From: an uncultured Planctomycetaceae bacterium
GTDB lineage: Bacteria > Planctomycetota > Planctomycetia > Isosphaerales > Isosphaeraceae
Assembly (NCBI GenBank): GCA_963833985.1
Contig: CAWIAD010000002.1
Coordinates: 5,984,001 to 6,048,000, forward strand
Direction of reading: 5' to 3'
Length of the DNA: 64,000 nucleotides
Within the stretch, counting starts at the first letter, position 1, and every line of letters starts with the position of its first letter. A program made the translations under genes and the position numbers. Below are positions 52,579 through 64,000 of this stretch, in pieces. Under the pieces are notes generated by a model. It ran no database searches. It was not told where the DNA came from and worked only from the letters and a program-made list of their open reading frames with translations.

Positions 52579-54042
52579 TCACGCCAGGAGCTCCTTCACC
52601 ACCCGGGCTGGCTCGACACCCGTGAGCCGCACGTCCAGACCCTGGAACTTGTAGCCGAGACGCAAATGGTCGATGCCGCACAGGTGAAGGATGGTCGCAT
52701 GCAGGTCGCGCACGTGAAGCACGTTGTCCACGGCGCGGTAGCCCAGCTCGTCGGTGGCGCCGTAGGTCACTCCGCCCTTGATCCCGCCGCCGGCCATCCA
52801 CAGCGAGAAGCCCAGGATGTGATGGTCGCGCCCGCTCCCCTGCCCCATGGGCGTGCGGCCGAACTCGCCGCCCCAGATCACCAGCGTGTCGTCGAGCATG
52901 CCGCGCTGGTCCAGGTCGCGCACCAGGGCCGCACAGGCCTGGTCGACCTCGCGTGCGGCGGTCGGCATGGCGTGCTCGATGTCGCCGTGATGGTCCCAGG
53001 CGCGGTGGTAAAGCTGGATCATCCGTACTCCGCGCTCGGCGAGGCGGCGGGCCATCAGGCAGTTCGAGGCGAAGCTGCCGTCGCCGGGCGTTTTGATGCC
53101 GTACATCTTCAGCACGCTCGCAGGCTCGCTGCGGAAATCGGTCAGCTCCGGCACCGAGGCCTGCATCCGGAAGGCGAGCTCGAACTGGGCAATCCGCGTC
53201 TGGATCTCGGGATCGAGCCGGTCCTCGGCCAGCATCGCATTGAGCCGGTTGATCTCGGTGACGCTCATCTGCTGGAGGTTCCGGTCAATGCCCGGCGGGC
53301 TGGCGATGTAGTGCACGGCGTCGCCCCGCGACTGGAACTGGATGCCCTGAAACTTGCTGGGCAGGATTCCCGCCGACCACTGCCGCGCCGAGACCGGCTG
53401 CTGACCCGTGGCCCCGGCCGAGGTAAAGACGATGAACCCGGGCAGGCTGTCCGTCTCCGCTCCCAGCCCGTAGAGCAGCCATGACCCCATGCTCGGCCGG
53501 CCCTTGAGGATCGACCCTGTGTTCATGAAGGCATGTGCCGGGTCGTGATTGATCTGCTCGGTCGTCATCGACCGCACGATGCACATCCGGTCGGCGATGC
53601 CGGCGATGTGCGGGAAGAGGTCAGAGATCTCCTGCCCGGACTGGCCGTGCTTGTGGAACGCGCAGAATGGGCCGCGGGCCCGCAGCGCCATGTTCTGCAA
53701 CTGGGCAAGCTGTTGCCCCCGGGTGAACGACTCGGGAAAAGGCTTGCCGTGCAGCTCCTTCAGCTTCGGCTTGAAGTCGAAACTCTCGAACTGCGAGGGG
53801 CCGCCGGCCATGCAAAGGTGAATCACCCGCTTCGCCCGCACTGGTAGCGGAGGCGGATTGAGGATCCCACGCCAGTGCTCTCCCGGCCTGGCCGTGTCGG
53901 CCGCGCGCGCCACGGGCTGTACCAGCGACGGGTCGAGCAGCCCTGCCAGCGCGATGCCGCCCAGCCCGTATACCGAGTCTTTCAGGAAGGCCCTGCGGCG
54001 GATGGCCGCATGCCATGCGGAAGGATCGAAGGATCGGCTCAT
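52579..54042 (-). CDS. DUF1501 domain protein (Tat-exported)
   Basis: RRAFLK Tat motif; AKRVIHLCMAGGPSQFESFD, WGGEFGRTP, GRDHH. Confidence 0.92.
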   Translation of the reverse strand: MSRSFDPSAWHAAIRRRAFLKDSVYGLGGIALAGLLDPSLVQPVARAADTARPGEHWRGILNPPPLPVRAKRVIHLCMAGGPSQFESFDFKPKLKELHGKPFPESFTRGQQLAQLQNMALRARGPFCAFHKHGQSGQEISDLFPHIAGIADRMCIVRSMTTEQINHDPAHAFMNTGSILKGRPSMGSWLLYGLGAETDSLPGFIVFTSAGATGQQPVSARQWSAGILPSKFQGIQFQSRGDAVHYIASPPGIDRNLQQMSVTEINRLNAMLAEDRLDPEIQTRIAQFELAFRMQASVPELTDFRSEPASVLKMYGIKTPGDGSFASNCLMARRLAERGVRMIQLYHRAWDHHGDIEHAMPTAAREVDQACAALVRDLDQRGMLDDTLVIWGGEFGRTPMGQGSGRDHHILGFSLWMAGGGIKGGVTYGATDELGYRAVDNVLHVRDLHATILHLCGIDHLRLGYKFQGLDVRLTGVEPARVVKELLA

Positions 54043-54046
54043 GATT

Positions 54047-57206
<3,160 letters not shown>

Positions 57207-57711
57207 CGCGGATTCTCCCGATCGACGCCAGGCGCGCCTTTGCCTGCCTCAGGGCTTTGGGCCGGATCATCAGGGGGATTGAGTGCTTTCAAGTATACCC
57301 GACCGTGCCAGGGCCCCCGCAACACCCGATTTTCGGCCGGTTCGTGTGCGCACGCCCATAGCAATCGCAAAGCCACTCGACTCACCGTCGAAGCTCGCGA
57401 ATGGCTGCTGGATGAATTCATGGCTCGATACCCTTCGGACTCGTGTGCAGCCGCAGCGGTGACGTCAACGACTCCGCCCAGATCATCTTCAACATGACGC
57501 TCACGGGGAACCGCGAGGACATGCCGAGCGCGCCCGAGAACACCCGGAGGAGGCTTCCTCCGTGACTTGCGCCATGCGTGTCCCAGGGGATTCCCCGAGC
57601 TCCAGTGCTGCGGGCGGAGGCTCTCTTCTGGTAATCTGAAGCGAACGGCACCGCACGGGATGCGTCGTGATCGGCGGCACAGCCATTTGCTATTCGGAAG
57701 GGAGCGCAGCC

Positions 57712-57969
57712 ATGAGCATTGCCGAAGCCACGGCATTGTCGGACATCCTCAACCGGGTCGAGAACTGGCCAGCACTATCGCGGATTACACTGGCTCGCAA
57801 GATTCTCGAATCACTCGAGAAGTCGGAACCACCTGTGCGGCCCACGAAGACCCGTGGGCTCTCTGCGGCTGAGATCCAGGGGATGCTCAGGACCGACCGA
57901 CCCGCGCCGGATGATGAGATTGTCAAAGCATGGATTGATGAGCATCACATGGAGAAATACGGCCGATGA
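57712..57969 (+). CDS. Putative antitoxin (small protein upstream of a PIN remnant)
   Basis: 85 aa, GAAGGGA RBS; ATGA overlap with a PIN-like start. Confidence 0.6.
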   Translation: MSIAEATALSDILNRVENWPALSRITLARKILESLEKSEPPVRPTKTRGLSAAEIQGMLRTDRPAPDDEIVKAWIDEHHMEKYGR

Positions 57970-58106
57970 CCGTGTTGCTCGACTTGAACGTCGTGCTGGA
58001 TACCCCCGGCGAAGGCGGCATGGGCTCGGCCTGGATGCCCAGGTGTTGGGCACGTCGAGGACTCGATTTCTCTGATCGAGGCACACGGCGATACGTGGCC
58101 TCCTGA
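57966..58106 (+). pseudogene. Truncated PIN/VapC toxin remnant
   Basis: Begins MTVLLDLNVVLD (PIN beta1 motif), then loses similarity and stops after 46 codons. Confidence 0.6.
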
Positions 58107-58229
58107 CGGCGTCAGCCCCACGTGCCTACATGTCGTCTACTTGAAGGATCGACCTCGGCCCCACGCTCGCCGTCTCTGCCGATGTCATTCCGTGAGCGAC
58201 TTTCCAGTCCAGAGACGTTCGTGCCCCGA

Positions 58230-58592
58230 TCAGGCACCTTCGCGTAGCCACTTCCATGCGGCTTCGGCTTCGGAGGCATCAAAGTATTTGAGTTTCACAT
58301 GCGTGAACGGTTTGCAGAATCGCACCATCCACTCCTCCCATTTCTTGTCACCGACCATGGCGATCCGCTCGAAGTCCGAGAAGTGCTTGATGCCGAACTT
58401 GAGGTCGTCCCAGGCTGCGTGCAAATCCCATCCGTGGAAGTCCTCGAACTGTGCGAGCATACGAAGCTTGCCCGCGGTCGAGATGGCCGCTTCCACGGTG
58501 GGAATGAAGGTGTGGTAGTCTGCGTCGTGCAACTTGCCACTCAGCTTGAAACCGAGGATCTGCGGAGAATCCGTTGGAATTTGCTCGATCAT
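58230..58592 (-). CDS. SpoIIAA-like (STAS/SEC14) protein
   Basis: GKLHDADY, FHGWDLHAAWDDLKF, ERIAMVGDKKW, AEAAWKWL; GAGGAGG RBS. Confidence 0.88.
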   Translation of the reverse strand: MIEQIPTDSPQILGFKLSGKLHDADYHTFIPTVEAAISTAGKLRMLAQFEDFHGWDLHAAWDDLKFGIKHFSDFERIAMVGDKKWEEWMVRFCKPFTHVKLKYFDASEAEAAWKWLREGA

Positions 58593-58711
58593 GGTCACGG
58601 CCTCCTCATGGTCATCGAGATGCGCTTCGTTTCCCGCGTGGCGAACTCGCGAGAGGCAAGTCTCACCTCGCGAACAGCATAAGCAGATCCCTCTGATTCG
58701 GCATTCCTTTA

Positions 58712-60064
58712 GGCGACCGGCACGTCGAGATCTACCCGGAATTGAGCTTCCCCGTTCTGTGAGATGATGCAAGGCTAGAGCCTGGCCTGTTGCCGTCTGT
58801 ACACCAGGGAGGGGAACCGTCATGGAAGGATCCACTGAGTGCCTCGACGCCTTGATCTGTTCGGGAGCCAGACGGCTGACCGGATACCAGCGCCGATTGT
58901 TCATGGCCGAGGTGGCCACGGAACTCTGTGAAGGCAGCGCCCGCCAAGCTGAACGACGCTTCGGCTGGGGACGAGAAACGGTCCTGAAAGGACTGCACGA
59001 GGCCCGTCAAGGGATACGCTGTCTCGAGAATTTCGTCGCGAGAGGTCGGCTGCGCAGCGAAGAGAAGGACCCGCAACTGGCTGCGGACATCCGTGCGATC
59101 GTCGAGCCCCATACCTACGCCGATCCGGAACTGAAGTCGTCGCGACGGTACATGAACCTGTCGGCGGCGGAGGTGCGAGGAGCCTTGATTGACAAGGGCT
59201 ATCCCCGAGACGCGTTGCCCAGCGAGCGCACCATGCGGGACATCCTCAACCGCATGAACTTCCGCCTCAAGCGGATTCAGAAGGGCAGGCCGCTGAAGAA
59301 GACCAAGGAGACCGACGCGATCTTCGCCAACGTGAAGGAGGTGCAGCAACAGGCTCGGGACGATCCTGAGGCGCTGGAGATCTCCATGGACACCAAGGCG
59401 AAGGTGGGATTGGGCGATTACGCTCGTGGGGGGAAAAACCAGGACCGCCGCCGACGGTCAAGTGGCCAAGGGATGGGATCACGATCCGCCAGCCAAGGAG
59501 AAGCTGGTCCCTTTCGGCATCGTGATGCGGGTGACCGGGGTATTGATGCTCCTGTTCGGATCGCGCGAGACCAGCGACGCTTGGGCCGATGCGCTCCGCA
59601 TGTGGTGGCTGCAGGTCCGGTCAGGCTTCGGGCATGTCAAGCGCCTGGTGATCTATCTGGACAACGGCCCCAAGAACTCCGGTCGGCGGACCCAGTTCCT
59701 GAAACGGATGGTCCAGTTTGCCGACTGGTCGGGGTTGGAGATTCGGTTGGTGTACTATCCCCCCTACCACAGCAAATACAACCCGATTGAACGCTGCTGG
59801 TCGGCCCTGGAGAAGAAATGGAACGGCGTGTTACTGAACTGCCTGAAGGTGGTCCTGCAATGCGCCCTACGAATGACCTGGAAGCGCCGGCACCCGATCG
59901 TGAAACGCCTCCACGGCGAGTATCCCGATGGCGTTCGAGTCGCCGCCAAGGAGATGAAGCAGTACGAAGCTCGATTGGAAAGATCGGCGACCCTGCCGAA
60001 GTATGACATCACTATCAAACCGAGAATCACCGAGCAGCAGGGAAACTAAGACCTGCCGCTCGCC
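58712..60064 (+). mobile_element. ISAzo13 family insertion sequence, 1353 bp
   Basis: TIRs GGCGACCGGCACGTC / revcomp GGCGAGCGGCAGGTC (13/15); TTA duplicated at 58709-58711 and 60065-60067. Confidence 0.88.
58822..60049 (+). CDS. ISAzo13 transposase split at a G6A5 run (59428-59438)
   Basis: FGWGRETV, ISMDTKAKV, RGGK/TR junction, LDNGPKNSGRRTQF, YYPPYHSKYNPIERCW. Confidence 0.9.
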
Positions 60065-61379
60065 TTACGGCTTCTTTGCGTTGCTCAGCGTGACGTCCAT
60101 CCAGACTTTGATTTCCAGGTTACCTCTATCGTATCGGGATGAGCGCGGCTCGGCCATGAAAACGCGGAAGCATGCCTGGGCCGGTCGAGACCCTCGGCAA
60201 CGCTCGATCGTAGTCACGCCCCAGCGCGAATCAAGCAAATTCAGCCGAGTTCCGGACCTCGGGCTCTCGAGGTTTTGCCGTCCGTCGGCTTCGGCTCGCG
60301 AGTCAGCGGCCGGCCATGGTCGTCGCGGGCTGGGCGGGTCAGCGGGACGTGGCGAAACATGCATGCAGCAGGGCCGGGAATCGGGATGGGTGCCGCGTCA
60401 GGTTTCCCCCGGCTCGAACCGCCCAGCGGCGTCGCACGTTCCGGGCCAAGGCTCCCGGCCGTGAGCACGGGGGCGGATAGCGAGTGCAAATCTTTCGCAT
60501 CCCGATTCGCAAGAACACGCCGATTCCATCGTAAACTGACAGAAGACGCGATCGTCCGAACGCTCTTTGACAATACGGTGGATGGTCGGCAGAAGCGCGC
60601 CGCCGATGCGGCCCGGCGGCGCGCGTCTCCAGGGGTCCGGGCCGCACCGCGGAACCGGACACGAGCGATCAGCAGCAGTAAACTGCACAACCAACCGAAC
60701 GGAAAAACGAAGGCTAAGTGCCATGAGGCAAAGGATTAGCGTCCGATGGGTTTGATGCCGGACGGACGGAACGAACCCAAATGGCTTGCCGGATGGCACA
60801 CGTTCAACCGGCGCAGCCGATGGCTCCGGATGTACGGCAACCGTGGGAGTGCTTGGTCCTTGGCAGCCAGGGTGCTCTCGTGTCGAAGCGCGCGCGACGG
60901 CGCAGTCTCATCGAAATAGATCAGCGAACGAAGCCAATCAAGAATGGAAACTTAAAGCCTTGAGGAAAAGTAACTTGCGTCGTGTTTTGTCGGTTCCACC
61001 GACCTGAATCGAACCCAATTTCGAGCCGGTCTAGCGGTGCAATCTTCCAGGACAGACGGCCGTGTGTCGGTGCCGAGGGGGACCGGGTGAGGAGTCCTGT
61101 GCGGGCACCCGAGGCGTCCGCGGCCGCAGGGCGGGAACTCGCCCGCGGCTCTGCCACGACGGTTTACCGCTGAACCAGGGTGGTTGCCAGGAACGCGGTG
61201 ATGCCCGAAGATGCCAGGGGAAATTTCTCCAGGTCACACTCCGCTCGCATGCAGGTGGACGCAACCCACGCTCTTTCCGCATCCGGGACGGAACGGCCGC
61301 GGGCGGAAGCACCCCCTGCCCTTGTCGCGCGGCGCTTGAAGGTACGAGCCATCGACAACCCACGAATCCGGAGGCTGCC

Positions 61380-62759
61380 ATGTCCTCGGCGGAGAAGTTC
61401 GACCTGGTGGTGCTGGGAAGCGGCGCGCCCGGCAAGCTGCTGGCGTGGACGCTCGGGGCGCAGGGGAAGCGCGTGGCAGTCGTCGAGCGGAGATATGTCG
61501 GGGGATCCTGCCCGAACATCGCCTGTCTCCCCAGCAAGAACGTGATCCATGGCGCCAGGGTCGCCCACTTTTTCCGCAGGGCCGCCGAGTTCGGGGTGGC
61601 CACGGGAGAATGGAAGGTCGACATGGTTGCGGTCCGCGACCGCAAGCGAAAGATGGTGGACGGGCTCGTCGCCATGCACCTGGAGAAGTACAGGGACAGC
61701 GGCGCGGAGCTGGTCATGGGGAGTGGACGGTTCGTCGCGCCGAAGACCATCGAGGTCGCGCTCAATGCGGACGGGACGCGAACGCTCCAGGGCGCGATCG
61801 TCGTGATCAATACCGGGTCACGCGCCCGGATTGATGACACGCCCGGCCTGGTGGAAGCGCGCCCGCTGACCCACGTCGAGGCCCTCGACCTGGAGCAGCT
61901 CCCGGAGCACCTGATCGTTCTGGGCGGGGGTTACGTGGGCCTGGAGCTGGCTCAGGCGTTCCGCCGCTTCGGCAGTTGCGTGACCGTCGTCGAGCGCCAC
62001 GGCGCGCTGATCCACCGCGAGGACCCGGACGTGTCCGAGGCGGTGGAACAGCTCTTCCGCGACGAGGGGATCATGGTCTTGACGGGCACTCGCGTCCTGA
62101 GCGTCCAGGGAACTTCGGGGCATTCTGTCCGCCTGCAAACCGGACGGGGAACCGTTGAGGGCAGCCACCTTCTGCTCGCCGGTGGACGGACCCCGAACAC
62201 CGACGGCATCGGCCTCGAGTCGGCCGGGGTCGAGACAGACGAGCGCGGGCACGTCCGGGTCAATGAGCGGCTCCAGACCACGGCTCAGGACGTCTGGGCA
62301 GGAGGCGACTGTGCCGGTAGCCCCTATTTCACGCATATCGGCGAGGATGACTTCCGCGTACTGCTGGACAACCTGACCGGCGGGCATCGCGTGACGACCG
62401 GGCGACAGGTGCCGTTCTGCCTGTTCACGGACCCGGAGCTGGCCCGGGTCGGGCTGAACGAGCGCGAGGCACGCGACCGCGGCGTGGCGCATCGCCTGTT
62501 GAAGATACCCCTGGAACAAGTGCTGCGGGCCCGGACGCTTGCCGAGACGCGGGGTTTCCTCAAGGCGCTCGTCGAGCCGGAGACCGACCGCATCCTCGGC
62601 TTCACGGCCTTCGGCGTCGAGGCCGGCGAGCTGCTACCCGCTGTCCAGCTCGCGATGGCCGCCGGCCTGCCGTGCCGTGCGCTGCGGGACCTGGTTCTGA
62701 CCCACCCGACCATGGCCGAGGGACTCGGCGGGCTGTTCGCGTCGGTCCCGCAGCATTAA
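61380..62759 (+). CDS. Flavoprotein disulfide reductase (RclA/YkgC/MerA-like, without MerA C-terminal Cys pair)
   Basis: GSGAPG FAD motif, GGSCPNIACLPSK redox centre, GGGYVGLE, THPTMAE; GGAGG RBS. Confidence 0.9.
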   Translation: MSSAEKFDLVVLGSGAPGKLLAWTLGAQGKRVAVVERRYVGGSCPNIACLPSKNVIHGARVAHFFRRAAEFGVATGEWKVDMVAVRDRKRKMVDGLVAMHLEKYRDSGAELVMGSGRFVAPKTIEVALNADGTRTLQGAIVVINTGSRARIDDTPGLVEARPLTHVEALDLEQLPEHLIVLGGGYVGLELAQAFRRFGSCVTVVERHGALIHREDPDVSEAVEQLFRDEGIMVLTGTRVLSVQGTSGHSVRLQTGRGTVEGSHLLLAGGRTPNTDGIGLESAGVETDERGHVRVNERLQTTAQDVWAGGDCAGSPYFTHIGEDDFRVLLDNLTGGHRVTTGRQVPFCLFTDPELARVGLNEREARDRGVAHRLLKIPLEQVLRARTLAETRGFLKALVEPETDRILGFTAFGVEAGELLPAVQLAMAAGLPCRALRDLVLTHPTMAEGLGGLFASVPQH

Positions 62760-62822
62760 TAGACAAGCCGTTATATTATTTATATGCACACTTGGTTAAT
62801 TGTTCTCGATCTTTCGACCAGC

Positions 62823-64000
62823 TTACAACCGCGGCGCTCTGGGCTTGATGGGGGCCTCGTAAGTGTTCACCCCTTGCACCTTCACCTTCCGCTTGTAGAC
62901 CGCCTCACCGCAAGTCGCGTAAAGGATGTCGAAGTTCGGGCCGCCGAAGCAGAGGTTCGCCACCTTTCCGTTCGGTGTGGGGATGATGCCGTTGACGCGG
63001 CCGGCCTGGTCGCAGACCTGGATGCCCATGCGCGTGGCCACGTAGAGCCGGCCTTCGCGGTCGACGCGAATGCCATCGGCTCCTGCGTCATCGGCGTTAT
63101 CAGGGACGTGCAAATGATAATACTTTTGTTTGTGAGCCAGCGAGCCGTCGGGCTGAACCTGGTAGCTGTAAACCCAGTGGCTACGGAAGTCGGCCACGTA
63201 GAGCAGGGACTGGTCGGGCGAGAGGGCCAGGCCGTTGGGGAACGCGATCGCCTCGTCCACGACGCGCTTCGCCCCCTCGGGCTGGACCAGCCAGACCTTT
63301 CCCGGCCTGCGCGCGTCGGTGCTCGGCTCGGTGACGTACATGACGCCATCGTGGCAGACCACCAGGTCGTTCCCGCGAATTCCCTCGGCGACGGCCTTCG
63401 CCTGGCCGCTGGAGTCGTAAGAAAGGACCAGGGGGGCCGCTGTGGCCACGGCGTGAAGACGTCCGTCGGGGCCGAATGCCTGGCCATTGGCCTTCTGCGT
63501 GGCACTCAGAAACAATGACACCTTGCCGTCCAGTCCGATCTTGTAGCACTTGCCCGCGGGGATGTCATTGAAGAAGACCTCGCCTCTGGCGCTTGGGGCG
63601 GGACCCTCGGTGAACGAGTAGCCGTCGGCCACAAGACTCCATCCCTCGCCCGGGATGAGGATCTCCTGTAGTTGCTGCGACCCGCGCCCGGCGGCAACCG
63701 GCTTCGGCCAGTCTTTCCAGAGCCAGCGCATGGCGTCGGGGAAGACCTGGTCGGCCTGACGGTGGTCGTGCCCGCCCGTGCCCCACGCGTGGTTCACCTC
63801 GTAACCGGCAAACCGCAGTGCTCGCTCCATTTCCTGGTTGGCCATCCACCAGTCTCCCCCATAGATGTTCAGGTCGTTCGATCCGTCCTGTAGGAAGATG
63901 CGGATGGGTTTGGGCTCGAACTTGCGGACCAGGGTGGGATAGTCGTTGGCACCGCGGAGGCCGACGTAGGTGCCGATGGAGCTGAAGACCCTGCGGAAGG
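62823..64000 (-). CDS. Esterase + SMP-30/gluconolactonase fusion (5'-partial)
   Basis: FLQDGSNDLNIYGGDW and GGHDH esterase tail; FTEGPA, FPNGLALSPD, GADGIRVDREG propeller motifs. Confidence 0.88.
   Translation of the reverse strand, partial: FRRVFSSIGTYVGLRGANDYPTLVRKFEPKPIRIFLQDGSNDLNIYGGDWWMANQEMERALRFAGYEVNHAWGTGGHDHRQADQVFPDAMRWLWKDWPKPVAAGRGSQQLQEILIPGEGWSLVADGYSFTEGPAPSARGEVFFNDIPAGKCYKIGLDGKVSLFLSATQKANGQAFGPDGRLHAVATAAPLVLSYDSSGQAKAVAEGIRGNDLVVCHDGVMYVTEPSTDARRPGKVWLVQPEGAKRVVDEAIAFPNGLALSPDQSLLYVADFRSHWVYSYQVQPDGSLAHKQKYYHLHVPDNADDAGADGIRVDREGRLYVATRMGIQVCDQAGRVNGIIPTPNGKVANLCFGGPNFDILYATCGEAVYKRKVKVQGVNTYEAPIKPRAPRL

Noticed and set aside
60065..61379. Short ORFs between the IS and the reductase
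   Set aside because: Arg/Pro/Ser-rich, weak codon bias and no motifs; not supportable as genes.
61380..62759. Calling the gene merA
   Set aside because: It lacks the C-terminal Cys-Cys pair and a mer operon context.
62760..62822. AT-rich patch as a dif (XerCD) site
   Set aside because: Only a partial XerC-like half on the minus strand; no XerD arm.

Overview
High-GC bacterial chromosome segment that is almost certainly from a planctomycete (Isosphaeraceae-like). It carries DUF1501, DUF1549/DUF1553/PSCyt, DUF1559, an LEPR-XLL-type signal motif and an ECF sigma factor with a C-terminal extension. About 40 genes are present: glycoside hydrolases, a phosphatase, a TusA/DsrE/MetE-like cluster, a Czc-type RND efflux operon, a sensor kinase, a rhomboid, a MoxR/DUF58/VWA (Bat-like) operon, an ECF-RND adaptor fusion, Mrp, an ISAzo13 element and a toxin-antitoxin remnant. 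Many genes are split by single-base indels, concentrated at about 27.6-31.8 kb and 45-47 kb; these are probably long-read assembly errors. No rRNA, tRNA or CRISPR array was recognised. The best candidate for a new system is a gene of the MoxR/VWA operon (32188..32910) with an in-frame TGA in a U-x-x-C context, followed by a bacterial SECIS-like hairpin and a coding-like 42-codon extension. It looks like an unannotated selenoprotein in a Bat-like envelope complex. Other highlights are a TusA-MetE-like fusion beside DsrE and TusA, a membrane-anchored sigma factor fused to a paralog of the local RND adaptor, a 130-bp MITE with perfect TIRs and a 10-bp TSD, and an A-B-A REP/MITE array. All family calls come from motif recognition by eye; no database searches were run.
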